24,220 bases of DNA from an uncultured Candidatus Saccharibacteria bacterium. GTDB lineage: Bacteria; Patescibacteriota; Minisyncoccia; UBA6257; GWB1-50-10. The translations under genes and the position numbers were made by a program. Numbering within the stretch: the first letter of the stretch is position 1; each line of letters begins with the position of its first letter. The stretch lies in NCBI GenBank assembly GCA_964621575.1, contig CAZUMB010000002.1, positions 1-24,220 on the forward strand. Direction: 5' to 3'. Of the stretch, positions 1-7,389 are shown piece after piece. The notes beneath the pieces are model-generated. The model was given only the letters and a program-made list of their open reading frames with translations. It was not told the DNA's origin and ran no database searches.

Positions 1-328
1 AAACATTCAAAAATTGCGGGAATTCGTCTAACCGGAACTTCCGCAGGAACTTTCCCGCTCTTGTAAGGCGCGGGTCGTCTTTGATTTTAAAAAACGGGCC
101 GTCCCGTTCGTTCAAGTGAGCCAGATTTTTCTTCAACTCACGCGCCCCCCGGACCATCGACCGAAACTTATAAACCTTGATAACTTTTCCTTTGCTCACC
201 CGGTCAAGTTTCACGATAACCGGAGAACCGCTCTCGAGAACGATGGCAAGCGCAATAAAGGGCGTAAACGGCAAAATGAAAATCAATCCGAAAATTGAAC
301 CGACAACATCGAATAATCTTTTAATCAT
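1..328 (-). CDS. Sugar transferase (Bac_transf family, polyprenyl-phosphate phosphoglycosyl transferase), runs off the left window edge
   Basis: Not in the ORF track; translated by hand from ATG at 328: MIKRLFDVVGSIFGLIFILPF...VYKFRSM...FFKIKDDPRLTRAGKFLRKFRLDEFPQFLNV. Has the KRxFD, YKFRSM, DPRxTxxGxFLRK and LDExPQ motifs of the family. Starts 6 nt after the rsmI stop. Confidence 0.92.
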   Translation of the reverse strand, partial: MIKRLFDVVGSIFGLIFILPFTPFIALAIVLESGSPVIVKLDRVSKGKVIKVYKFRSMVRGARELKKNLAHLNERDGPFFKIKDDPRLTRAGKFLRKFRLDEFPQFLNV

Positions 329-334
329 TGAAAT

Positions 335-1006
335 TTACGGAATTATTAAAACGAATTCGCCTCTTTTGCGCTCGCCGGTGAAATGCTCCTTCGCCTCCTC
401 CACGCTCCCCTTCCAAACCTCTTCGTAAATCTTGGTAAGTTCGCGGGCGACGACGATTTCCCTGTCTTTGCCGAAAATCTCGGCCAGGCTTTCAAGGGTT
501 TTCTGCAAGCGGTGCGGCGATTCATAAAGTACGAGCGGCCGGACTTTGATACCGAGCATCTCCCCGAAAAATTTCTGCCTCCCCTTTTTATGGGGCGGGT
601 AGCCCAGAAAGGTAAATTCATCGGCGTTCAAACCGGAAGCCGAGAGAGCCGTCACAAGAGCGGCCGCGCCCGGAATAGGAACGATTTTGAGGTCGGGAAG
701 CCGGCTTTTCAAAAACTCAATGAGGCGCGGCCCGGGGTCGGAAATGCCCGGCGTGCCGGCGTCAGAGACCAGAGCGACGGATTTCCCAGCCGCCAAAACT
801 TCCGCCACTTCGTCGTAAACTTTCGGGCCAACGTGCTCATCGTAACGCAAAACTCTCGTCCTTATGCCGTAGTGGTTCAGAAGTTTCTTAGTCACCCGGG
901 TGTCCTCCGCCGAAATCAAGTCGGCGTCGCGGAGCGTCTCGAGCGCCCGAAAGGTGATGTCTTTAAGATTGCCGATTGGCGTTGCGACGACGTATAGAAT
1001 ACCCAT
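335..1006 (-). CDS. rsmI: 16S rRNA (cytidine1402-2'-O)-methyltransferase
   Basis: Motifs LYVVATPIGNLxDIT, AEDTRVT, VSDAGTPGISDPG, YESPHRL, RELTKxYEE. Confidence 0.96.
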   Translation of the reverse strand: MGILYVVATPIGNLKDITFRALETLRDADLISAEDTRVTKKLLNHYGIRTRVLRYDEHVGPKVYDEVAEVLAAGKSVALVSDAGTPGISDPGPRLIEFLKSRLPDLKIVPIPGAAALVTALSASGLNADEFTFLGYPPHKKGRQKFFGEMLGIKVRPLVLYESPHRLQKTLESLAEIFGKDREIVVARELTKIYEEVWKGSVEEAKEHFTGERKRGEFVLIIP

Positions 1007-1127
1007 GTTTTGTTTGAACGTGTTTCCGGTAACGGAAGGTTGCCGACGTGCGGTAAGCCGGCCTGCCCGGTTTGTTCCCGACCTTAGAATGCTTTTTCAT
1101 CTTACTGTTTTATTATAAGATAAAACG

Positions 1128-1784
1128 ATGAAGAAAGGAGCAGTCTTCGACCTGGACGGTACTCTGATTGATACTTCCGCCTTACACACAAAGGCGTGGA
1201 TAAAATTGTTCTCAAAATATGGAATTGAGTTGTCTAAAGAAGAAATAGAGGAACACAGCGGCAAGAAGAATATCTTCTTTATAGAACTGGTTACCGGGAA
1301 AAGGAACAGGAATAACCTCGATGCCCACGCTTTGAGCCGCGAAAAAGACAGTATCGTGATGGATATAATCCGCAACGAGCCGCCGGTCCTTCAACCTCAC
1401 GCTCAACAACTGCTTACAATGCTCAAGGCCCAGGGCACAAAACTAGCCTTAGCCACATCGGCCACTAAAAGCACCGCCGAACTTCTTGCTAAAGACCTCT
1501 TGGAAATTTTTGAGGTAGCCGTTTTCGCCGATGACATAACCTTAAGCAAACCAAACCCGGAAATATTTTTACTGGCGGTTCAAAAATTAAACCTCAAACC
1601 GGAGGAATGTGTCGTTTTTGAAGACGCTGAAAGCGGCGTTAGAGCCGCCAAAACAGGTGGGTTCTACTGTGTAGCCAAAAACAATCACCTCGGCCAAAAT
1701 CTCACCGGTGCCGACTTGATTATTGAGGAATACAAACCTGAAGAACTGATTAAACTTTTTAGCAGTTCCGGGAGAAACTTCTAA
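1128..1784 (+). CDS. HAD-superfamily phosphatase (beta-phosphoglucomutase-like, subfamily IA)
   Basis: Motif I FDLDGTLIDT, motif II ATS, KPNPEIF, motif IV VFEDAESG. Confidence 0.92.
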   Translation: MKKGAVFDLDGTLIDTSALHTKAWIKLFSKYGIELSKEEIEEHSGKKNIFFIELVTGKRNRNNLDAHALSREKDSIVMDIIRNEPPVLQPHAQQLLTMLKAQGTKLALATSATKSTAELLAKDLLEIFEVAVFADDITLSKPNPEIFLLAVQKLNLKPEECVVFEDAESGVRAAKTGGFYCVAKNNHLGQNLTGADLIIEEYKPEELIKLFSSSGRNF

Positions 1785-1793
1785 ACAATCCAA

Positions 1794-1822
1794 AATCTAT
1801 TGACGTTTGACGTCAATAGATT
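1794..1822. repeat. REP-like palindrome, copy 1 (perfect 13-bp stem, TTG loop)
   Basis: aatctattgacgt-ttg-acgtcaatagatt, ending 13 nt upstream of the transposase ATG. Confidence 0.9.
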
Positions 1823-1827
1823 AAGAT
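1800..1827 (+). promoter_or_regulatory. Putative sigma70 promoter of the RAYT-like gene, -35 inside the palindrome
   Basis: TTGACG (1800-1805), 16 nt, TAAGAT (1822-1827), then 8 nt to ATG 1836. Confidence 0.55.
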
Positions 1828-1835
1828 GAAAATAC

Positions 1836-2555
1836 ATGGCGAGAATAGAAGTTTATCATGTTTTAAACCGGGGAACTGATAAGAGAAAAATTTTTCTCGA
1901 CGACAAAGATCATTTGCGTTTTATTCACAACTTATTTGAATTCAACGACGAAAAACCCGCGTTCAATGTGGGCTATAATTTCAAAAACGAATATATTGAC
2001 GTCAAACGTCAATATATTAGACAGAGAGAGCCAAGGAAACTGTTAGTAGAAATTCTAGCTTTCTGTTTAATGCCAAATCACTACCATCTCCTCTTAAAAC
2101 CGAGGAGAAAAAATGGTTTGTCGGAATTTATAAAAAAGTTAAATGGCGGGTATGCTAAATATTTCAACAATAGATATAAAAGATCAGGAAGATTGTTCGA
2201 GGGAAAATATAAATCTGTATTAATAAAAGACGAAGCCTATTTTATTCATCTCCCTTACTATATTCATCTAAATCCTTTGGATTTAGCTGCACCGGAGTGG
2301 CGAAAAAGAATATTATCGACGTCTAACATCAATAAATCTATAAATTTGCTGGAGAAATATCGATGGAGTAGTTACTTAGACTACATTGGTAAGAAAAATT
2401 TCCCATCGGTAACGCAAAGAAAATTTCTAGAAGAGTTTTTCGATGGACCGGAACAATACAGAAAAGACACAATGAAGTGGTTGAAAAATCTATCGACGTC
2501 AAACGTCAATAGATTAAAGGAAATAAAAACCTTAACTTTAGAAAAGGTAGATTAG
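1836..2555 (+). CDS. HUH Y1 tyrosine transposase, REP-associated (RAYT-like; IS200/IS605 TnpA superfamily)
   Basis: N-terminal YHVLNRG, HUH motif in FCLMPNHYHLL, GRLFEGKYKS, catalytic Tyr in YIHLNP, YRWSSY. About 35% GC in a sampled line. Confidence 0.9.
   Translation: MARIEVYHVLNRGTDKRKIFLDDKDHLRFIHNLFEFNDEKPAFNVGYNFKNEYIDVKRQYIRQREPRKLLVEILAFCLMPNHYHLLLKPRRKNGLSEFIKKLNGGYAKYFNNRYKRSGRLFEGKYKSVLIKDEAYFIHLPYYIHLNPLDLAAPEWRKRILSTSNINKSINLLEKYRWSSYLDYIGKKNFPSVTQRKFLEEFFDGPEQYRKDTMKWLKNLSTSNVNRLKEIKTLTLEKVD
1990..2018. repeat. REP-like palindrome, copy 2 (inside RAYT ORF, perfect stem)
   Basis: aatatattgacgt-caa-acgtcaatatatt; encodes YIDVKRQYI. Confidence 0.9.
2310..2338. repeat. REP-like palindrome, copy 3 (degenerate, inside RAYT ORF)
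   Basis: atattatcgacgt-cta-acatcaataaatc; encodes LSTSNINK. Confidence 0.65.
2487..2515. repeat. REP-like palindrome, copy 4 (inside RAYT ORF, one mismatch)
   Basis: aatctatcgacgt-caa-acgtcaatagatt; encodes NLSTSNVNRL. Confidence 0.9.
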
Positions 2556-2565
2556 TCTTTGTTTG

Positions 2566-2638
2566 TGCTCTCACGGGGAATCGAACCCCGGTTTCTAGGA
2601 TGAGAACCTAGTGTCCTAGGCCACTAGACGATGAGAGC
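2566..2638 (-). tRNA. tRNA-Glu (anticodon CTC), CCA not encoded
   Basis: Reverse complement folds as a cloverleaf: acceptor GCTCTCA/TGAGAGC, anticodon arm CTAGG-TTCTCAT-CCTAG, T-arm CGGGG-TTCGATT-CCCCG. Confidence 0.96.
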
Positions 2639-2643
2639 AAACA

Positions 2644-2674
2644 CAATTTTCAATTTCTAATTTCCAATTTTCAA
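2644..2674. repeat. Heptamer tandem repeat (YAATTTY x4)
   Basis: caatttt caatttc taatttc caatttt caa, just upstream of the tRNA-Glu 5' end. Confidence 0.8.
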
Positions 2675-2711
2675 ACACGAAACTCAATTGGTGTGGGGCT
2701 GGGAGCTATTT

Positions 2712-4019
2712 CTATCCATATAACCCGCGCTTCCGGAACCAGACGGGACTCTGGCGAACGAGGAGTTCCCCCGCTTTTTGGGGTTCCAACATCACCTCCT
2801 TCACAACTTTTTCCATTCGGACCGACTGCGAGCCCTTGACCAAAATCAAATCCCCTTTCTGCATCTTCCGCTGGAGTTCCAGGCCGGCTTCGCCCACATC
2901 CATAAAGGTCATTATCTTTTTCTTGGAAAAACCGGATTTTACCGCCCGTTCAGCGATGAATTTCGCCCGACTGCCGACGGTAATCAAGATGTCGGCGTTC
3001 TTGGGAATGAGCTTACCCACGCTCTCGTGCGCTTCCATCGTGTACTTACCAAGCTCAAGCATATCGCCCAAAACGGCTACCCTCCGTTTTGCTTTTAGCC
3101 CGCCCAAAACACGGAGAGCTTCATAGGCGGCGGCGGGCGAAGAATTGTAAGTGTCGTCAATAAGAAAGGTTTCTTTTATGCCGGGGACGAGACAGAGCCG
3201 GCCCGGCACGGGCTTGTATGCCGAAAGTGCTTCCGCCATTCTACCGAGATTCATACCGTAAATCAAACCGGCGGCGCAGGCGGCGGCGGCCGCATAAGCG
3301 TAGGATTTGCCGAAAACTCCCTCGATTTTCACCGGCACGCTCTCACCGCCGTAAGAGAGTTTGAAAGAAAGACCTCTGAAATTTTTATCGAGACGGTTTT
3401 GCAGACCGGAAACGCGCATCTCGACCCCGCGGGAAAAACCGAAAGTCAGAGGATGAGCCCGCGTTTCCGTTTTCATTTCCATGACCGCCGGCTCGTCGCC
3501 GTTTAGAATCGCAAAACCGGTGACGGGCAGGACGCCGACCATCTTCGCTTTTTCGCGGCGCACCGCTTCCGGTCCGGTGAAAAACTCGACGTGGACGGGA
3601 ATGTCTCCCAAGGCGCTCACGATACCTATCTGCGGTCGGGCAATGCGGAGGAGATAATCCATGTCGCCGGGCCGGTCGACGCCGTATTCCAAAACGATGA
3701 TGTGGGGATAAAACGGATTTTTAACGATAAGCTGCGCAATTCCCGCTATTAAAACTTTCGGCCAGAAAAACAAACCTTCAGTCGATTCCCAATCGCCCAA
3801 AACGGTAAGGGGCAGCCCCAGCTCATTGTTAAAACTCTTGCCGGAGGCCCGCACCCGGCGGTCACTCCCCAAAACCGCCTTCACCGCCGCCTTGATCGAA
3901 GTTTTACCGACACTGCCGGTAATGCCGACAATCCCCGGTTCATAACGGGCAAGGGTGAGCTCGGCGAGCCACCGCATCAAGAATTTTAACATCGGCAAAA
4001 AGATAAATTTCATATCCAT
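2712..4019 (-). CDS. murF: UDP-N-acetylmuramoyl-tripeptide--D-Ala-D-Ala ligase
   Basis: GITGSVGKTS P-loop, SFNNELGLPLT, IDDTYNSSP, VLGDMLELG, LVKGS. Confidence 0.92.
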   Translation of the reverse strand: MDMKFIFLPMLKFLMRWLAELTLARYEPGIVGITGSVGKTSIKAAVKAVLGSDRRVRASGKSFNNELGLPLTVLGDWESTEGLFFWPKVLIAGIAQLIVKNPFYPHIIVLEYGVDRPGDMDYLLRIARPQIGIVSALGDIPVHVEFFTGPEAVRREKAKMVGVLPVTGFAILNGDEPAVMEMKTETRAHPLTFGFSRGVEMRVSGLQNRLDKNFRGLSFKLSYGGESVPVKIEGVFGKSYAYAAAAACAAGLIYGMNLGRMAEALSAYKPVPGRLCLVPGIKETFLIDDTYNSSPAAAYEALRVLGGLKAKRRVAVLGDMLELGKYTMEAHESVGKLIPKNADILITVGSRAKFIAERAVKSGFSKKKIMTFMDVGEAGLELQRKMQKGDLILVKGSQSVRMEKVVKEVMLEPQKAGELLVRQSPVWFRKRGLYG

Positions 4020-4022
4020 CTT

Positions 4023-5609
4023 CTATTCTACCCTGTCTGGGGCGATATGATAATAATTCAAGACAAACTCGGTAAGTTTCCGAAAAGCCGGCACGACGGT
4101 AATCCCCGCGAGCGGACTTTTCGGCTTATCGATTTTGATAAGGATAACGAACCGCGGATCCGAAGCCGGGGCGAAACCGACAAAGTTGTGAATGAGTTCG
4201 TCACTGTAGCCGCCTCTCTCGAAATCCGGCACCTGGGCCGTGCCGGTCTTGCCGGCTATCCGGTAACCCTTAATTGCCGCCACTTCGGCCTTATCCACCG
4301 CCGACTCCATCATTTTAGTCACCTGCTCAGCCGCTTCTTCGCTTATCACCCGTCTTATCACTTCCGGTTCGTCCGTTGCGTCAACGTAAGGACGCATCAG
4401 CACCCCGCCGTTTGCTACCGCCGCATAGGCGTTTACAAGCTGAATGGGAGTTACCGCCGGCCCCTGACCGAAAGAGGCAGTGGCAAAATCGATTTCCCGG
4501 ACATCTTTCCGTTCCAAACTTCTCAAACTTCCAATCGCCTCGTCCGGCAAATCTATACCGGTTACTTCCCCAAAACCGAATTTCTTAATATACTCCAGAA
4601 AATTTTCGTGACCGATTTGGCTTTCGGCAAAAACAGCGCCGGTGTTTACGGAACGCTCAAGGACGTTCGTCATCGTGATTTCACCGTAGGCCTTTTTGTC
4701 CCAATTCTCGATGGTTTTACCATTCAAGGTAATTTCCCCCTTGTCGACATAGACCGTCTCGGGCGTGATGACGCCAAGGTCGATACCGGAAGCCATCGTA
4801 ATCACCTTAAAAACCGAGCCGGGCTCGTAAATGCCGGAAACGCCCGGGTTTAGAAAATTTTTCACCGGATATTCGCTGTAAGAGTTGGGATTGAAGTCGG
4901 GCGCCGAAGCAAAAGCAAAAATTTTCCCGGTCATGGGTTCTTCCACAATCACCGTCCCGCCGACCGCTTCAAATTCCCGGACAAGGTCGCCGAGAACTTT
5001 TTCCGATTCGCGCTGAAGATTGACGTCAATCGTGAGATTGACGTCTTTTTCGTCGAGAAGCTCGCTGTTCTTTAATCGCTCAATACCATAAAGACCGGTC
5101 GGCACGGCGGCATTTTCATTCACGCCGACAAAACCCAAAACATGAGAAACTAAGTTGTTTAGCGGATAAAAACGATATTGCCTTTCGTTGACGTAAACTC
5201 CTTCAAGTTCCAAATTTTCCACCGCTTTTACCTGTTCCTCAGTCGCTCTGTCAATGAGCGGATAAAACTGGCTTTCCTTGTTTTCGAAAGCCGCCGCGAG
5301 TTTCGCCTTGTCCTTGCCGACGATGGGAGCAAGGAGCTCGGCGGCTTCCGCCGCATCCTCGATTTCCTTGGGTGAGGCAAAAACAGCCGGATAATTCCGG
5401 TTTTGGGCAATGGCAGTCGGCTCACTCTCCCGGTCGGTCAAAAAAATCTGGCCGCGCCTTAATTCAAGTTCTTTTTGAAAATTGCTTCGCGCTTCGGCTT
5501 TCTCGAAGTAATAATCCCTCTTTAAAATCTGATGATTGTAGAGATTGTAGCCCAATACGCCGTAGGAGACGAAAAAGAGCGTTATTAGCGCGAGGAATCG
5601 GAAAGCCAT
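4023..5609 (-). CDS. ftsI: Class B penicillin-binding protein (FtsI/PBP2-type transpeptidase)
   Basis: N-terminal TM anchor, RRGQI, RFYP, YEPGSVFK (SxxK), SVN (SxN), AGKTGT. Position in the mraZ-rsmH cluster. Confidence 0.88.
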   Translation of the reverse strand: MAFRFLALITLFFVSYGVLGYNLYNHQILKRDYYFEKAEARSNFQKELELRRGQIFLTDRESEPTAIAQNRNYPAVFASPKEIEDAAEAAELLAPIVGKDKAKLAAAFENKESQFYPLIDRATEEQVKAVENLELEGVYVNERQYRFYPLNNLVSHVLGFVGVNENAAVPTGLYGIERLKNSELLDEKDVNLTIDVNLQRESEKVLGDLVREFEAVGGTVIVEEPMTGKIFAFASAPDFNPNSYSEYPVKNFLNPGVSGIYEPGSVFKVITMASGIDLGVITPETVYVDKGEITLNGKTIENWDKKAYGEITMTNVLERSVNTGAVFAESQIGHENFLEYIKKFGFGEVTGIDLPDEAIGSLRSLERKDVREIDFATASFGQGPAVTPIQLVNAYAAVANGGVLMRPYVDATDEPEVIRRVISEEAAEQVTKMMESAVDKAEVAAIKGYRIAGKTGTAQVPDFERGGYSDELIHNFVGFAPASDPRFVILIKIDKPKSPLAGITVVPAFRKLTEFVLNYYHIAPDRVE

Positions 5610-5896
5610 TTGTCGCTTGATAAAAATTTGGGGTTTTTCTCGAGAATAAGACCGTTATCTCTGGCGAAGGATTGGAGTTTTTCCGGTTCAACCGCCTCAT
5701 AAAGATTGTTTTTTAGGTCGGCGTTTGCCGCTTCCAATCCGACAATACTGTCCTTCAAAGAGCTTATCTCAAACCGAACATCGACAAGGGCGTTGTATTG
5801 AAAAATATAAAAAATACCGCCGGAGAGAAGAATGCCGAAAATGATGGCGAGAAACCTGACATATCGGCCGTATTCCGATGGTTTGATAATCGTCAT
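5585..5896 (-). CDS. Small bitopic membrane protein with coiled coil, positional FtsL-like
   Basis: One TM segment then a heptad-rich helix (ISSLKDSIVGLEAANADLKNNL). Lies between rsmH (ATGA overlap) and ftsI, the usual ftsL slot. Confidence 0.7.
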   Translation of the reverse strand: MTIIKPSEYGRYVRFLAIIFGILLSGGIFYIFQYNALVDVRFEISSLKDSIVGLEAANADLKNNLYEAVEPEKLQSFARDNGLILEKNPKFLSSDKWLSDSSR

Positions 5897-6765
5897 AAAA
5901 GCTTCATTGCTCTTAGTTTGGCCGATCGACTTCGGGGATTTAGACGAACCTCCTCGGCCTCCGCGGTTATCGGTTTCTTAGTCAAAAGCTCGGCGAGACC
6001 CTCGTTCTTGAGATCACGGAAACGGTTTTTGACAACCCGGTCTTCCAGGGAATGAAAAGATATTACCGCGAGCCGGCCGCCGGGATTCAAGATTAAAGGA
6101 ATTTCTTCCAAAACGGTTTTCAGGCTTTCCAGCTCCCGGTTCACAAAAATTCTCAAGGCCTGGAATGTCCGCGTCGCCGGATGGATTCTCCCCCGCTCGT
6201 AATTTTTCGGCACAACGCTCGCAACGACCGCCGCCAACTTCCCGGAAGTCAAAATCGGCAAATTCTTTTTTATCGCCTTGGCAATTCTGCCGGCGAATCT
6301 TTCCTCGCCGAACTCCTTGATTATTTGTTTGAGATTAAATTCGCTCTCTTCGCTTAAGACCCGATAAGCCGGCTTCGTTTCTTTGGAGTAAGTCATAAAA
6401 AGAGGTTCATCGCGGAGAAAACTGAAACCCCGTTCCGAACTTTCGAGGTGTTCGGAAGAAAAGCCCAAATCCAAAAGCAACCCATCGGCTTTTTTAAATT
6501 TCTTTTCTTTCAATATCATCGGAATGTTTTTGTAGTTATCGTTTACCAAAATGACGGATGACCTATGACTAATGACTGATGACCTAAATTTCTCAATCGC
6601 CGTTTCGTCCCAATCGACGCCGAGAAATTTTCCGTTTGGTTCGATTTTGTTAATGATTTCTTTCGCATGACCGCCGCCGCCCAAGGTACCGTCTATGAAA
6701 AATTCTCCGGACTTGGGGTCTAAAACTTTTATTACTTCTTCTAAAAGAACCGGCTGATGCGACAT
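5893..6765 (-). CDS. rsmH: 16S rRNA (cytosine1402-N4)-methyltransferase
   Basis: Start re-called at 6765 (MSHQPVLLEEV, TAATG overlap with the mraZ stop). DGTLGGGGHA, DLGFSS, IHPATRTFQALRI, ISFHSLEDR, NPRSRSAKLR. Confidence 0.96.
   Translation of the reverse strand: MSHQPVLLEEVIKVLDPKSGEFFIDGTLGGGGHAKEIINKIEPNGKFLGVDWDETAIEKFRSSVISHRSSVILVNDNYKNIPMILKEKKFKKADGLLLDLGFSSEHLESSERGFSFLRDEPLFMTYSKETKPAYRVLSEESEFNLKQIIKEFGEERFAGRIAKAIKKNLPILTSGKLAAVVASVVPKNYERGRIHPATRTFQALRIFVNRELESLKTVLEEIPLILNPGGRLAVISFHSLEDRVVKNRFRDLKNEGLAELLTKKPITAEAEEVRLNPRSRSAKLRAMKLL
6549..6583. repeat. Heptamer tandem repeat (NNATGAC x5) inside rsmH
   Basis: aaatgac ggatgac ctatgac taatgac tgatgac; encodes RSSVISHRSSVI on the minus strand. 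Confidence 0.8.
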
Positions 6766-7196
6766 TATATTCCCAGCTCTCCCAGTTTTTCCGCTATTTC
6801 GTCGGAAGCGGCTTCCGTCTTCGACTTGTATTGCCTCCAAACATCCGCGTCCCAAATCTCAATCCGGTTATAAAGACCGGCAACGACCGCCTGTTTCTTT
6901 AAGCCCGCATATTCCCGCAGATAATCGGGGATAAGAATCCGACCTTGGCTATCAAGCGCAACATCGCTCGCCCCGGCGAGCATCAACCGGACAAAAGCGC
7001 GGGAATTCGCTTGGGCAAGCGGCAGTGAAGTCAGTTTCTTGACCAGATTTTCCCACTCACCCGTTCCGAAAACGAAAAGCGACCGGTCGAGTCCGCGAGT
7101 GATAATCGCTCCACTCGACAGGTCACTGCGGAATTTCGCCGGTATCGCCAGCCGTCCTTTCGTATCCAAATTGTGTTTGTATTCTCCTAGTAGCAT
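6765..7196 (-). CDS. mraZ: Division/cell wall cluster transcriptional repressor MraZ
   Basis: GEYKHNLDTKGRLAIPAKFR and LDSQGRILIP (two DxxGR repeats), GLYNRIEIW. Confidence 0.96.
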   Translation of the reverse strand: MLLGEYKHNLDTKGRLAIPAKFRSDLSSGAIITRGLDRSLFVFGTGEWENLVKKLTSLPLAQANSRAFVRLMLAGASDVALDSQGRILIPDYLREYAGLKKQAVVAGLYNRIEIWDADVWRQYKSKTEAASDEIAEKLGELGI

Positions 7197-7234
7197 GCCG
7201 AATTTATTTCTGAACGAAGTGAAGAATTTTAAAT

Positions 7235-7263
7235 TTGAGCACTCTGAGACTCATCGAAGAGTT
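7235..7263. repeat. 29-nt dispersed repeat (27/29 identical to 16120-16148)
   Basis: ttgagcactctgagactcatcgaagagtt versus ttgagcactctgagacttgtcgaagagtt. Confidence 0.85.
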
Positions 7264-7302
7264 GCCTCCAGGGGTCTCTTATCCCCAGATTTGGGGGTTA
7301 TC

Positions 7303-7348
7303 CCCATACTTATCCACAATTCCCCACTTTCATTAAATACTAACCCAC
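7303..7348 (-). promoter_or_regulatory. Putative MraZ operator (GTGGG-type boxes at 10-nt period)
   Basis: Minus strand GTGGG (7344-48), GTGGG (7323-27), GTGGA (7313-17), ATGGG (7303-07). MraZ is known to bind TGGGN repeats with 10-bp periodicity upstream of its own gene. Confidence 0.7.
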
Positions 7349-7364
7349 TTCCCTTTTAAGTCAA
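7337..7364 (-). promoter_or_regulatory. Putative sigma70 promoter of the dcw cluster
   Basis: TTGACT (7364-7359), 16 nt, TAGTAT (7342-7337). Confidence 0.55.
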
Positions 7365-7389
7365 AAACAAAAATCCGCCCGACCGGCGG
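7363..7389 (-). terminator. Intrinsic terminator downstream of the ABC operon
   Basis: Minus strand ccgcc-ggtcg-ggcgg followed by atttttgttttt. Confidence 0.6.

Noticed and set aside
383-997. 204-aa plus-strand ORF
   Set aside because: Antisense shadow of rsmI with no recognisable motifs. The same applies to 4047-4853, 16220-16900, 21460-22215 and the other overlapping ORFs.
1794-2515. CRISPR array interpretation of the 29-nt repeats
   Set aside because: Spacing is irregular (about 170-320 nt), orientation is mixed, the copies lie within an ORF, and there are no cas genes.
5018-5046. gattgacgtcaatc palindrome in ftsI resembling the RAYT REP core
   Set aside because: It lacks the two-arm stem-loop layout and encodes the conserved DV.LTID..LQ motif of class B PBPs; probably coincidental.
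335-6765. rsmI and rsmH (both modify 16S C1402) in the same window
   Set aside because: They are about 5 kb apart in separate transcription units; rsmH is in its standard dcw position.
6766-6855. 30-aa N-terminal extension of RsmH in the ORF track
   Set aside because: It overlaps mraZ; ATG 6765 gives the typical M.H.PVLL start and a TAATG coupling.
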